Below, piece after piece: positions 45,839 through 55,701 of a DNA stretch of 64,000 nt. A model generated the notes under the pieces. It was not told where the DNA came from, ran no database searches, and saw only the letters and a program-made list of their open reading frames with translations. A program made the translations under genes and the position numbers. The stretch is from assembly GCA_019057475.1 (NCBI GenBank), contig DXJO01000041.1, positions 7,284 to 71,283 on the forward strand, in the 5' to 3' direction. Within the stretch, counting starts at the first letter, position 1, and every line of letters starts with the position of its first letter. This DNA is from Candidatus Thorarchaeota archaeon (GTDB taxonomy: Archaea > Asgardarchaeota > Thorarchaeia > Thorarchaeales > Thorarchaeaceae).

Positions 45839-47053
45839 GTGGCTATTCTGAACCCCGAAGCGATTGTCATCGGAGCAGGGCCGGCGGGATTGCTGGCTGC
45901 AGCCGAAATCGCTCAAAGTGGTCATCGGGTTCAGGTGTTTGAAGAGCATCCTGAGATAGGGAAGCCTGATCATTGTGCTGGCTTGCTGAGCGCATCCGGA
46001 TTGAACTTGCTGGGGCTCAAACCGCCTTCCGATGTTATTCAGAATCGGGTTTCGGGCGCCAGGATATTCGCTCCAGCGGGACAATCGCTATTGATTGAAC
46101 GTGGTCGTCGTGAGGCGCTAGTAATCAATCGGTCGCGGTTCGATTCATGGTTGGCAGATAGGGCTAGGGACAACGGAGCAGACATCAATACTCAAGCGAA
46201 AGTTCTTGGAATACGAACGAGTGAAAGCCATACCAAAATATTGAGCATTAGAGAAGAAGGAATGTCGTCAGAACGCAGTGCTCAAGTCATTATCAATGCA
46301 GAAGGCTCTCGGTGTCAGATCTCCAAAGCATTGAGTCTACCGGTAGTATCAAGGCGGAACAAGCTTCCTGCGTACCAGTATGAAGTGAAAGGTGTCGATA
46401 TTGATGATGACATTGTGGAGATGTTCTATGGACGCCAGATTGCGCCTGGGTTCTTCGCTTGGTTGATACCTATGGGCGAGGGGAGGGCAAGAGTTGGTCT
46501 TGCAGCCAAGGATAGTGCGAAACCTCGACTAAGAGCCGCGATTAATCACCACCCAGTCCTACGAGAGCGACTAAAGGGTGCCACTCTAGAGAGAGGATTC
46601 GGAGGAATTGTGCTCGTGGGGTTGCCGGTAAGAAGATCCTTTGCTCAAGGGGTCGTTGTAGTAGGTGATGCTGCGGGTATGGTCAAGGCAACAACAGGCG
46701 GCGGTATTATTGTGGGAGGAATTGCAGCTCAAATTGCAGGAAGGACTGTCACCAAAGCGCTTGATGAGAGGGATTTCTCACACAAATCACTGAGCCGCTA
46801 CGAATCGGGTTGGCGGTTCCGAACCTTGAAAGACTTGCGGATGATGTACGTAGCTCAAAGAGCATTGTCCGTTCTCTCAGACAAGGGATTGAACTCCATA
46901 ATAGAGGATGCGAAATCTATGGGACTTGTGGAGATTGTGAAGGAAGAGGGCGACATGGACATGCAGCGCAAGGTGATCGCTCGGCTTATGCGGGATCCCA
47001 GAACGTTTGTCTTGGGTCTGAAAGCGTTGAAATACATAGACCCACTTGTCTAG
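45839..47053 (+). CDS. FAD-dependent geranylgeranyl reductase (digeranylgeranylglycerophospholipid reductase family)
   Basis: GTG start. 'IVIGAGPAGLLAA' Rossmann fold, 'GDAAGMV' and overall GGR length. Confidence 0.75.
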   Translation: MAILNPEAIVIGAGPAGLLAAAEIAQSGHRVQVFEEHPEIGKPDHCAGLLSASGLNLLGLKPPSDVIQNRVSGARIFAPAGQSLLIERGRREALVINRSRFDSWLADRARDNGADINTQAKVLGIRTSESHTKILSIREEGMSSERSAQVIINAEGSRCQISKALSLPVVSRRNKLPAYQYEVKGVDIDDDIVEMFYGRQIAPGFFAWLIPMGEGRARVGLAAKDSAKPRLRAAINHHPVLRERLKGATLERGFGGIVLVGLPVRRSFAQGVVVVGDAAGMVKATTGGGIIVGGIAAQIAGRTVTKALDERDFSHKSLSRYESGWRFRTLKDLRMMYVAQRALSVLSDKGLNSIIEDAKSMGLVEIVKEEGDMDMQRKVIARLMRDPRTFVLGLKALKYIDPLV

Positions 47054-47088
47054 TGAATAGCCATCTTTATGTGTAAAGTGCATGCCGG

Positions 47089-48486
47089 GTGACGATGAGG
47101 CCCTACTACATGGTGGGTAGAGAGAAACCAGGGATACTAGACACCGCAGCATCATTGCTCGAGGAATACCCTCTATGTAACAGATGCTTGGGTCGACAGT
47201 TCGCCTGGTTGAGCACTGGCACATCGAACGACCAGAGAGGATATTCAATCAAGCTCATACTCTCAATGAAGGCTGATGAGATAATCAAATCTGATGCGAA
47301 GGACGAAGGCAGGAAACTACTCGCGACTCTCGCTGGCAACGGCATGTTCTCTCCAGCGCAGATTCTTGCTGAGAAAGAAGCACTAGATCATGAGAAGGGC
47401 AAGGTCTGTCACCTCTGTGCAGTGGATGTTGATTGTGCGTTCGACAAAATACCAGAGATCGTTCAACGGGCGGTGAGGGAAACAGAAGACATCGAATTCT
47501 ACACCTTCCTCGCAGGGTCCATACCACACCCAATCCTCGCGGAAAGGGAAGATGAATTGAAAGGACAACATAATCTCATCTACGGAGAAACCATGAGGTC
47601 TGACTTCAATAGGGAGTTCGGGAAACAGGTTAGCGCGGCCTTTGACAAACCCGTTGACTTTGATAAGCCGGAACTGGTTGTAGTCTATGATATGCAGAAC
47701 GATTTGGTTAGGCTGCAAATCAACCCGCTGTTTATCTACGGTAGGTATCGAAAGAGGGTGGTGGGAGTCCCCCAAAGCCGATGGGATTGTTCGGATTGCA
47801 ATGGCAAAGGATGTGATGCTTGTCACAACACCGGGAGAAGGTACCCGGACTCCATTTCGGAGTATGTTAGTTTGCCAATCCAAGAAGCCGCCAAAGGCAC
47901 CCGTTTCAAATTTCATGCTGCAGGACGGGAAGATGTGGACGCTCTGATGCTTGGGTCTGGACGTCCATTCGTTGTGGAGATTACTAGGCCTCGCGTAAGA
48001 ACGCTGAATCTTCCTAAGCTGGAGAAGAAAATCAGAAAGAAATCACGCAAGAAGGTGGAAGTCGAAGGCTTGCGGCCCACTAACAGACAACATCTGCAAC
48101 GACTTAAGAGTGAATCTTCTGAGAACATCAAGGAGTATTCAGCCATCATCAAGACGGACCGAGAGTTGACTGATGATGAAGTAAGAAGAGCAGAAAGAGA
48201 ACTAACAGGTATTGACCTTGCTCAGAGAACTCCAATGCGAGTGGCACACAGAAGAAGTGACTTGACAAGGAAGAAGCACATCTACGAGGTACGACTGAAG
48301 AAGAAGGGAAACCATGAGCTGGACGGTTACTTCAAGGTTCAAGGTGGCACCTACATCAAGGAATTGATATCAGGAGACGAAGGAAGAACTATACCATCGG
48401 TTTCCGATAAGGTAGGTTCTGCATGCGTTTGCACCGAATTGATTGTTACAGCGATTCACAGCCTAGAAACAGACCATAATCCTTAA
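47089..48486 (+). CDS. pus10: tRNA pseudouridine(54/55) synthase Pus10
   Basis: N-terminal zinc cluster 'CNRCLGRQF', second cluster 'CSDCNGKGCDACHNTG', and 'GREDVDALMLGSGRPFVVE' around the catalytic Asp. Confidence 0.75.
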   Translation: MTMRPYYMVGREKPGILDTAASLLEEYPLCNRCLGRQFAWLSTGTSNDQRGYSIKLILSMKADEIIKSDAKDEGRKLLATLAGNGMFSPAQILAEKEALDHEKGKVCHLCAVDVDCAFDKIPEIVQRAVRETEDIEFYTFLAGSIPHPILAEREDELKGQHNLIYGETMRSDFNREFGKQVSAAFDKPVDFDKPELVVVYDMQNDLVRLQINPLFIYGRYRKRVVGVPQSRWDCSDCNGKGCDACHNTGRRYPDSISEYVSLPIQEAAKGTRFKFHAAGREDVDALMLGSGRPFVVEITRPRVRTLNLPKLEKKIRKKSRKKVEVEGLRPTNRQHLQRLKSESSENIKEYSAIIKTDRELTDDEVRRAERELTGIDLAQRTPMRVAHRRSDLTRKKHIYEVRLKKKGNHELDGYFKVQGGTYIKELISGDEGRTIPSVSDKVGSACVCTELIVTAIHSLETDHNP

Positions 48487-48579
48487 GTGGCGACCCAAGA
48501 GGAGAGGCTCGGCCTCGGGTACGTAAGGGAATATCTCTCGCACCAATCGAGGTACTAACGAACAACATGTTGATGCCCT

Positions 48580-48876
48580 ATGGTCAAGAAGAGTCATGGT
48601 TACCGTGCTCGCACAAGAGCTTTGATGAGCAAAAGGGTACGGACGCGTGGTCTTGTCCCTCCGAACAGAGTGCTCGTCGACTTTGAGAAAGGGCAGAGAG
48701 TCGATATAGTGATAGACCCGGGTTTTCACAAGGGCATGCCTCATCGAAGGTATCAAGGGAGAACGGGTGTTGTCAAAGAAATGCGTGGAAGGGCAGTTGT
48801 CGTTGATGTCAGCCTTGGTAAAGCCATGAAGACATTGATCATAAGACCCGAGCACCTTCAAGTCAGCAAAGGCTGA
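48580..48876 (+). CDS. rpl21e: Ribosomal protein L21e
   Basis: 'MVKKSHGYRARTRALMSKRVRTRG...FHKGMPHRRYQGRTGVV'. Confidence 0.9.
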   Translation: MVKKSHGYRARTRALMSKRVRTRGLVPPNRVLVDFEKGQRVDIVIDPGFHKGMPHRRYQGRTGVVKEMRGRAVVVDVSLGKAMKTLIIRPEHLQVSKG

Positions 48877-48886
48877 GTGATACCAC

Positions 48887-49222
48887 ATGCCAAGAGAAGT
48901 CTTAGCGGAAGAGGAAATAACCCTCCCGCAAGTGAAAAAGGTCCTAGCCAAACGAGCCAAAGAGGGGGAGCTATCATTTCAGCAGACAATCACTCTGGAG
49001 CATGCTTCATCGTTCTCTAAGATGGCACCAGCTGTATCAAGGAAGCTCGTGGAACGCCTCATCAAGAAGTATTCCGTCAAGCGGGTTAAGGCCGTTCAAG
49101 TGGCAAATATAGCTCCAACAACCAAGGAAGAGCTGAGGACTATCCTTGATGCGCGGTCTACTGACGTGACTGATGAACAGCTGATAGAGATAGTGGACCT
49201 TGTTTTAAAGTCAAGATCTTGA
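48887..49222 (+). CDS. rpoF: DNA-directed RNA polymerase subunit F (Rpo4)
   Basis: 111 aa. Conserved position between L21e and DUF655/KsgA. Helical HRDC-like sequence. Confidence 0.7.
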   Translation: MPREVLAEEEITLPQVKKVLAKRAKEGELSFQQTITLEHASSFSKMAPAVSRKLVERLIKKYSVKRVKAVQVANIAPTTKEELRTILDARSTDVTDEQLIEIVDLVLKSRS

Positions 49223-49337
49223 ATTTCGACCAATTGACTGCGACCAGAACTGGTGTGAAGTAAGAGCGCTGCATTTTTATCCACAAACAGCTATTTGCTC
49301 ATGTAATGCGGCTTGATAGTGTCAGGAGTGTAAGAGT

Positions 49338-49940
49338 ATGGAATCATCTCAAGGCAGGATGTACGAGAGTCACGCATATGTCCTGGCAGTCATTCAGCCG
49401 AAGCTATACCTGAGAGATTCACGACCACGAGGAGACCCCGTAGTACAGGCAGTGGGTGAGTCGCACTTCACTCTTCTTGAACTTGTACCCCGAGGTGGTG
49501 CTAGATTCAACCCTCAAGATCGTGTGTCAATTCAGAAGGACTCCCAGACCAACATCGATCATGTGAAACGGAGAGTCTTCTACGAGGACCTGATTCCTGA
49601 AAGCACAGCAGAGCTGTCATTCGTCATTGAATTAATCGTAACGAAGCATGAACACAAATTCGTGCAGTTCTTCAATGAAGCGAAACCAATCACAACTAGA
49701 ATGCATTCGCTCCAACTCCTTCCTGGTGTGGGGAAGACGTTGATGTGGGCGCTTCTTGATGAGAGAAAGAAGGCGCCATTCAAGAACTTCGAAGATATCG
49801 CTGCTCGGACCAAGCTGCAGAATCCAAAGAAGACCATTACTGCAAGAATCATCAATGAGCTGAAAGAGGATGTTAAGCGGTGGATATTTGTTCGTCCGTC
49901 TAGGCGAAGCGATGATGAGAGAAGACAATGGCCAGGGTGA
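49338..49940 (+). CDS. DUF655 (COG1491) predicted RNA-binding protein
   Basis: Conserved archaeal gene preceding ksgA. C-terminal 'LLPGVGKTLMWALLDERKK...FEDIAART' is helix-hairpin-helix-like. Confidence 0.65.
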   Translation: MESSQGRMYESHAYVLAVIQPKLYLRDSRPRGDPVVQAVGESHFTLLELVPRGGARFNPQDRVSIQKDSQTNIDHVKRRVFYEDLIPESTAELSFVIELIVTKHEHKFVQFFNEAKPITTRMHSLQLLPGVGKTLMWALLDERKKAPFKNFEDIAARTKLQNPKKTITARIINELKEDVKRWIFVRPSRRSDDERRQWPG

Positions 49941-50815
49941 GATCTCTGTATCAAGAAGAGGTCAAATCCCTGCTTCAGAAATACTCGGTACGACCTAGCA
50001 AGAAGGCTGGTCAGAGCTTTCTCACAAGTCACAGAATTGCCAAGGACATCGTATCGTCCGCGAATCTGACCAAGGATGAATCGGTCTTGGAGATTGGCGG
50101 AGGGCTAGGCATTCTCACTCAATGGCTTGCTCAGTGTGCTAAGACTGTATATGTTGTCGAGAAGGACGTGGGATTAGTCAGAGCTCTAAGAGAAATCCTG
50201 AGTGGACTGGACAATGTCGAGATCATAGAGGGCGATGCACTGGCGATAGACTTCCCTGAAGCTGACAAAGTGGTCTGCAATCTGCCCTACAGCATTTCTT
50301 CTGATATCACCTTCCGACTTATTGAGCAAGTGAAATTCGAAAGCGCTACTCTGATGTATCAGAAGGAATTCGCAGAAAGACTCCTTGCAGAACCGGGGTC
50401 AGGCAATTACGCACGTTTGACAATTGGTGTGAGATATCATGTTGATGTGGCACAGATCATGAGTGTGCCAGCAAGTATGTTCTATCCCGTTCCAAAAGTC
50501 GATTCAAGTGTTGTTTGCTTGACACCCAGATTAGCGGGGCCATTCGCGAGAAATCCTGAGGTTTTCTTCTGGCTTATTCATGGCACATATTCCTACCCAA
50601 ACAAACAGATTGGGAAGGCACTTCGAATCTGGTTCCGAAATATGAAGTTGGACAAAGCCCTAGCTAACACGCTCCTGGATAGAGCGGGGGCTTCTGTGAC
50701 TGGCACCGAACGGCTAAGGAACCTAACACTGGATATCCTGGTTACGCTTGCAGACTGCCTCGTGGAAATGATAGAGGACGAATTAGTACCGGGTCCAAGG
50801 GGCAAGAACATGTGA
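49928..50815 (+). CDS. ksgA: 16S rRNA (adenine1518/1519-N6)-dimethyltransferase KsgA/Dim1
   Basis: 'GQSFLTS', 'VLEIGGGLGILT' SAM motif and 'NLPYSISS' catalytic motif. Confidence 0.85.
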   Translation: MARVRSLYQEEVKSLLQKYSVRPSKKAGQSFLTSHRIAKDIVSSANLTKDESVLEIGGGLGILTQWLAQCAKTVYVVEKDVGLVRALREILSGLDNVEIIEGDALAIDFPEADKVVCNLPYSISSDITFRLIEQVKFESATLMYQKEFAERLLAEPGSGNYARLTIGVRYHVDVAQIMSVPASMFYPVPKVDSSVVCLTPRLAGPFARNPEVFFWLIHGTYSYPNKQIGKALRIWFRNMKLDKALANTLLDRAGASVTGTERLRNLTLDILVTLADCLVEMIEDELVPGPRGKNM

Positions 50816-51399
50816 GAGTAGAAGACCTTGATTTTAGGGTTGATTCCGGGGTGTATGCTCCAGTTGAAGACACGTTTCTATTGATAGATGCCATTGATTT
50901 TGACCGCGATGATGTTTTTCTGGATGTGGGCTGTGGTGCTGGGCTTCTGACACTAGGCGCCGCCAGAATCGCAAAAAGAGTTGTAGCGATTGATATCTCC
51001 CTGGAGGCTGCTTGGAACACGCTAAGGAACCTCGAGCGAAACGGGCTTGATCTCCCGTGCAGTGTCATGCAGTCGGAATTGCTTGGTTCCATTCCTCCAG
51101 CCGCATTGTTCTCAGTAATCGCCTTCAATCCGCCATATCTTCCTTATGATGGCACCACAACTGATATGGATCATGCGTTGTTGGGAGGGGTTAACGGCAC
51201 TGAACTCGCCGAGCGTTTCATTCAACAGGCTGTCAGGCATCTTCAGAAAGGGGGTTCTATCTTCGTCGTCAGTTCATCTCTTGCGAACATCAAAGACTTG
51301 AAGAATGTGATGGTGAATTGTGGTCTTGATATTGATATCGTAGCGAGTTTGTCAATATTCTTTGAAAAGATACAAGTACTGAAGGGAACTCAGCAATAA
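50812..51399 (+). CDS. HemK/PrmC-like SAM-dependent methyltransferase (NPPY type)
   Basis: 'LDVGCGAGLLT' and 'IAFNPPYLP'. 4-nt overlap with ksgA. Confidence 0.65.
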   Translation: MRVEDLDFRVDSGVYAPVEDTFLLIDAIDFDRDDVFLDVGCGAGLLTLGAARIAKRVVAIDISLEAAWNTLRNLERNGLDLPCSVMQSELLGSIPPAALFSVIAFNPPYLPYDGTTTDMDHALLGGVNGTELAERFIQQAVRHLQKGGSIFVVSSSLANIKDLKNVMVNCGLDIDIVASLSIFFEKIQVLKGTQQ

Positions 51400-51461
51400 T
51401 ACCACAAGGAAACCGTTTTATTCCACCATCAAATTGGGCGGCAAAATACACATCGAAACGC

Positions 51462-52286
51462 GTGAGGTTATCGACAGTGTCCAACGAAAAGGCCAAGAAG
51501 AAGACAACCAAGAAAAAACCGAAGTCCACGAAACAGACAACAGGGAAGAGTGCGGCCAAGAAGCCGGTTGCTGAGAATGTTGTTAGCGAAGGCAGTCTCC
51601 TGTATGTCGATTACATCATTAAAACCAAGAGAGATGGAAAAGTCTTCGATTGTACCATGGAGGATGTCGCGCGGAAAGAAGGCATGTACAAGGAGGATGA
51701 GCGGTATGAGCCAATGCTCGTCGGAATTGGCTGGAACTGGCTTCTCGCTGCTGTCGAGGAAGAGCTAATCGGGATGAAGGTGGGGGAATCAAAAACTGTT
51801 GAGGTGCCACCAGAGAAAGGATCAGGACCTAGAGACCCAAGCAAGATCAAACTATTCGCCAAAACAAAACTGGCCAAACACGGAGTACGGCCCATAAAGG
51901 GGGAAGAGGTGAAGATAGGTCACGAGCGAGGTGTGATTACCCAAGTGCTTGGACGTCGTGTCAGAGTTGACTTCAACAGTCCGCTAGCCGGAAAAACCCT
52001 TGTTTTCGATATTACGGCCAGAGAGCTCGTTACTGACCCCGAGAAGAAGGTCTTGGCAGTCATCAAAAGAAGAATCCCTGCCGTACCAGTAGACCAGTTT
52101 GGTGTGTCCATTAAGGGAAAGACTGTCACTATTGAGTTCCCGCAGGCGAGTCGCTACATTGAAGGAATTCAGTATGCGGAGATTGGCGTGGCTTCTGACG
52201 CGCTTAAGGTGATTGAGAAAGCCAAGAAAGTCAAGTTTGTCGTCAACTACGAACGACCTGAGGCTCCTAAGAAAATCGAAACCTAG
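51462..52286 (+). CDS. FKBP-type peptidyl-prolyl cis-trans isomerase (long type with IF insert) carrying a Lys-rich N-terminal extension
   Basis: FKBP core 'LLYVDYIIKTKRDGKVFD...YEPMLVGIG...L..AVEEELIGMKVGESKTVEVPPEKGSGPRD'. The N-terminal ~40 aa 'NEKAKKKTTKKKPKSTKQTTGKSAAKKP' is low-complexity basic. GTG start. Confidence 0.7.
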   Translation: MRLSTVSNEKAKKKTTKKKPKSTKQTTGKSAAKKPVAENVVSEGSLLYVDYIIKTKRDGKVFDCTMEDVARKEGMYKEDERYEPMLVGIGWNWLLAAVEEELIGMKVGESKTVEVPPEKGSGPRDPSKIKLFAKTKLAKHGVRPIKGEEVKIGHERGVITQVLGRRVRVDFNSPLAGKTLVFDITARELVTDPEKKVLAVIKRRIPAVPVDQFGVSIKGKTVTIEFPQASRYIEGIQYAEIGVASDALKVIEKAKKVKFVVNYERPEAPKKIET

Positions 52287-52416
52287 CTCCACAAGGATTT
52301 CAACGCAAGTGAATCGCAAGAGCGACCACTAAGAAACGTTTTAATACGAATCTCAGGACCAGCTCTTTGTCACTAGTTCTCCTAGGCTATATTTCATTGA
52401 TACGGAGTTACTCGAT

Positions 52417-53055
52417 ATGGAACATCAGATGCAGCCACCTGCAGAGGTAACCAAGACAGGAACTACAACTGTTGGCTTGATAGCAAAAGATTGTGTCATC
52501 CTGGCTAGCGACCAGAGAGCGACCATGGGTTACCTTATCGCCAATAAGACAGCCAAAAAGATTTACCAAATCAGCGACAGCATTGGTGCGACAATTGCAG
52601 GTTCAGTTGCTGATGCTCAGGCAATTATGGAACTTCTGAAAGCAGAAGCGAAGCTCTTTGAGATTCAGAGAGGACGACCCATGCGTGTTAGGGCACTAAC
52701 ACGTCTCTTGAGCAACATAATGTTCTCAGCTCGAGGAACATATATGCTCCAATGCCTAGTGGGAGGATTTGATGACGAGGGCCCACAGGTCTTCTACACG
52801 GACTTCATTGGGTCCGTCCTGCCCGATAAGTACACATCGACAGGATCGGGATCCCCGATAGCTTTTGGTGTCTTGGAAGCAGAGTACAAGGATGGGCTTG
52901 CCAAGAAGAAGGCCATAGAGCTTGCAGTGCGAGCAATCGCCGCAGCAATCGAAAGAGATGCTGCAACAGGAAACTCGATTCTTGTGAGTGTTATCGATAA
53001 GGACGGCTACAAAGAAGTAGACAAAGACGTCATCACGAAGATCTGGAAACGGTAG
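52417..53055 (+). CDS. psmB: Proteasome beta subunit (with propeptide)
   Basis: Propeptide, then 'TTTVGLIAKDCVILASDQRATMG' with the active-site Thr. Confidence 0.9.
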   Translation: MEHQMQPPAEVTKTGTTTVGLIAKDCVILASDQRATMGYLIANKTAKKIYQISDSIGATIAGSVADAQAIMELLKAEAKLFEIQRGRPMRVRALTRLLSNIMFSARGTYMLQCLVGGFDDEGPQVFYTDFIGSVLPDKYTSTGSGSPIAFGVLEAEYKDGLAKKKAIELAVRAIAAAIERDAATGNSILVSVIDKDGYKEVDKDVITKIWKR

Positions 53056-53069
53056 TAGTAGACATTGTT

Positions 53070-53083
53070 TTTTGTCAGCTCTA
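53070..53083 (+). terminator. Oligo-T tract, candidate archaeal terminator after psmB
   Basis: 'cattgttttttgtc' lies 15-28 nt after the stop codon. Confidence 0.3.
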
Positions 53084-53170
53084 TCTGAAACCGTTTCAGC
53101 CCAGTGGCTGTGGGTCTTAGATGAAACCATAGGGGCAAGTAATACGCCTTAAACTACGATGTGATTCTAG

Positions 53171-55081
53171 ATGGGTTCCCGCAACAATGAGCACGTTGAC
53201 ATTCGTGAAGCAATCAAGGAAGCGCTTCCAAGATCGGCCGCGATAAGCGCTGTTGAGTATGAAGGTCCGGAGATTGCGATATATTCGAAAGCGCCAAAGA
53301 TACTTCTTGACGACGGGGATATGATCAAGGCACTAGCCCGCAAGATGAGAAAACGCATCGTAGTCAGGTCGGCCCCGGAAGTGAGAATTTCTCATGAAGA
53401 TGCTGAGAAGTCGGTACGTGAGCTGGTGCCTGCGGATGCGGAGATAACCTCAATTGATTTTGACGATTCAAGAGGCGAAGTCATAATCGAAGCCCAGAAA
53501 CCGGGCCTCGTGATTGGCAGAAGTGGAACAACGCTCAGAGAGATTACGAGGCGTACCTTTTGGCGGCCAGCCGTGATGAGAACTCCACCTATTGAAAGCA
53601 AGCTGATTAAACAGATTCGTTACATCATTCAATCGGAGGCAGCAAGCAGGAACAAGTCATTCCGGGAGATTGGGAGAAGGATACATCGGCGGAGTCTGGT
53701 GGATAACGGATGGATTAGACTAACTGCACTAGGAGGGTTTCGCGAGGTTGGAAGACAATGCATGCTTCTTCAGACTTCTGAGAGTAGCATCCTGATTGAA
53801 TGCGGCGTGAACGTGGGCACTCCAACTAGAGCTTTTCCTCGTTTGGATATGCCGGAGTTCAGCATTGACAATCTAGATGCGGTGGTCATCACCCATGCTC
53901 ACCTAGACCACTGCGGCATGGTTCCGTTCTTGTTCAAGTATGGGTATCGCGGACCAGTTTACATGACTGCCCCGACACTCAATCTCTCCACGCTCCTTCA
54001 GCTAGACTATCTCGATGTGGCTGAACGAGAAGGGAAGCTTAGACCGTATCGTGATAAAGATGTGAAAGAAGCTATTCTGCACACAATTCCATTGAACTAT
54101 GGAGAAGTAACTGATATTGCTCCAGATGTCCGTTTGACACTTCACAATGCAGGGCATATCCTCGGATCGGCCATTATCCATCTGCACATAGGAGATGGTC
54201 GATATAATATGGCATACACAGGCGACTTCAAGTTCGGCCGCACTAGGCTTCTTGAGCCCGCTACGTTCACATTCCCCAGGTTGGAGGCCCTCATCGTAGA
54301 GAGTACTTATGGCCACCCGACAGACAAGATGCCCCCTAGACAGGAGGTTGAGAGAAAGTTTGCGTCGATAATTAAGCGAACGTTAGCGAGAGGCGGGAAG
54401 ATACTGATTCCAGTCCTTGCAGTTGGCCGAGCACAGGAGATTATGCTTGTGCTGGAGGACTTAGTTTCCAAGAAGCGGATTCCGAGGATTCCAATCTACA
54501 TTGAGGGGATGATTGCCCAAGCCACAGCAATCCATACAACACATCCAGAGGCCCTCAGCAAAAAGATACGGGAAATGGTATTTCACCAGGGGGTCAACCC
54601 ATTCTTGAGCGATATCTTTGTTCAAGTGGACAACCCCGACCAGCGCGAGGAGATTGTGGAGGGCGAACCCTGCATTATCATGGCTACCTCGGGGATGCTA
54701 GCTGGTGGACCAAGTGTGGACTACTTCCGACTCCTAGCATCTGATGAGAAGAATACGTTGGCATTTGTTTCATATCAAGGGGCAAATACGCTTGGCAGTA
54801 GAATCCAAAAGGGCTGGAAAGAGGTACGCATGAAGAACCATGAGGGAGAGACGAGGGCGATTCCCGTGAACCTTGAGATTACCACTGTCGAAGGCTTTTC
54901 GGGACACTCCGACAGAAAGCAAATACTGAACTTCGTTAAACGTGTCAGTCCCGTTCCAGAAATTGTACTAACCTGTCATGGAGAAGCGTCCAAGTGCACG
55001 AATCTTGCCTCAACAATCCACAAAGCGCTAAACATTGACACAATGGCGTTGAGGGTCACAGAAACCGTCAAGCTGAGATAA
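53171..55081 (+). CDS. fttA: aCPSF1 / FttA: beta-CASP ribonuclease with two N-terminal KH domains (transcription termination factor)
   Basis: KH regions with 'IGRSGTTLREI'. 'VVITHAHLDHCGMVP' (HxHxDH). beta-CASP 'NAGHILGSA' and 'GHSD'. 636 aa. Confidence 0.9.
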   Translation: MGSRNNEHVDIREAIKEALPRSAAISAVEYEGPEIAIYSKAPKILLDDGDMIKALARKMRKRIVVRSAPEVRISHEDAEKSVRELVPADAEITSIDFDDSRGEVIIEAQKPGLVIGRSGTTLREITRRTFWRPAVMRTPPIESKLIKQIRYIIQSEAASRNKSFREIGRRIHRRSLVDNGWIRLTALGGFREVGRQCMLLQTSESSILIECGVNVGTPTRAFPRLDMPEFSIDNLDAVVITHAHLDHCGMVPFLFKYGYRGPVYMTAPTLNLSTLLQLDYLDVAEREGKLRPYRDKDVKEAILHTIPLNYGEVTDIAPDVRLTLHNAGHILGSAIIHLHIGDGRYNMAYTGDFKFGRTRLLEPATFTFPRLEALIVESTYGHPTDKMPPRQEVERKFASIIKRTLARGGKILIPVLAVGRAQEIMLVLEDLVSKKRIPRIPIYIEGMIAQATAIHTTHPEALSKKIREMVFHQGVNPFLSDIFVQVDNPDQREEIVEGEPCIIMATSGMLAGGPSVDYFRLLASDEKNTLAFVSYQGANTLGSRIQKGWKEVRMKNHEGETRAIPVNLEITTVEGFSGHSDRKQILNFVKRVSPVPEIVLTCHGEASKCTNLASTIHKALNIDTMALRVTETVKLR

Positions 55082-55091
55082 CGCTGTGTGC

Positions 55092-55493
55092 TCAGTACTT
55101 GACGAACCAGGGTGTTACTATGACGCAGTTATCGTTAACTAGAGCAATGTCTGCACTGTAGCTTCGGGTTTCTCCACGAATGCGCTCGATTATGCGTTTC
55201 AATTCCAGATGGCTCTGTTCTTTTCCGTCATTCATTCTTGTGATGTCAAGGAGTATGATGTTGCCATTACGGATTTGATCTACAACATAGGGAACATCAT
55301 TGAGAGAGTCAAGGCGTTTTGATCTAATGAATATGGACTCGAGCTCCGCTAGCCTCTTGCATTCATGAGCAGGGTCTGGACTTTCGCCTTTCACAGCGGG
55401 CGAGAATACACCTAGGCCTGCATATGGCGGAATTACCGTCGTTTCATTGTCAGCCTCTTTCTTGTCTCGCTTGCGTCTAAACAGGGAACGCAC
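55092..55493 (-). CDS. sepF: SepF (DUF552)-like protein, candidate FtsZ-membrane anchor
   Basis: C-terminal domain 'LDSLNDVPYVVDQIRNGNIILLDITRMNDGKEQSHLELKRIIERIRGETRSYSADIALVNDNCVIVTPWFV' fits the SepF pattern: conserved GN, a hydrophobic beta-strand and DxxxG. The N-terminus is basic/amphipathic. Confidence 0.5.
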   Translation of the reverse strand: MRSLFRRKRDKKEADNETTVIPPYAGLGVFSPAVKGESPDPAHECKRLAELESIFIRSKRLDSLNDVPYVVDQIRNGNIILLDITRMNDGKEQSHLELKRIIERIRGETRSYSADIALVNDNCVIVTPWFVKY

Positions 55494-55701
55494 TTAGAAT
55501 CACCTCGAGTTACGGATGCTCTAAACTGGCATAAGAAGAAAAGACCTAGTATTATGAGGTTGGCATAGCCTCATCAAAGAGGAGCCTCGCAAGGAACAGA
55601 TTCGCCAAGAACTCGGGATTGGAACCTGAATTTGCAAAGGAGCTGTACAAGGCTGCACTCAATCATATCCGAGCAGAGATGGCCAAGGATGACTGAACAG
55701 T

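Noticed and set aside
55494-55701. Peptide-like frame '...EPEFAKELYKAALNHIRAEMAKDD*' in the gap between the SepF-like and PUA genes
   Set aside because: No in-frame ATG/GTG start with reasonable length; only a 25-aa TTG-initiated peptide is possible. Too short and unsupported to call. It may be a gene remnant.
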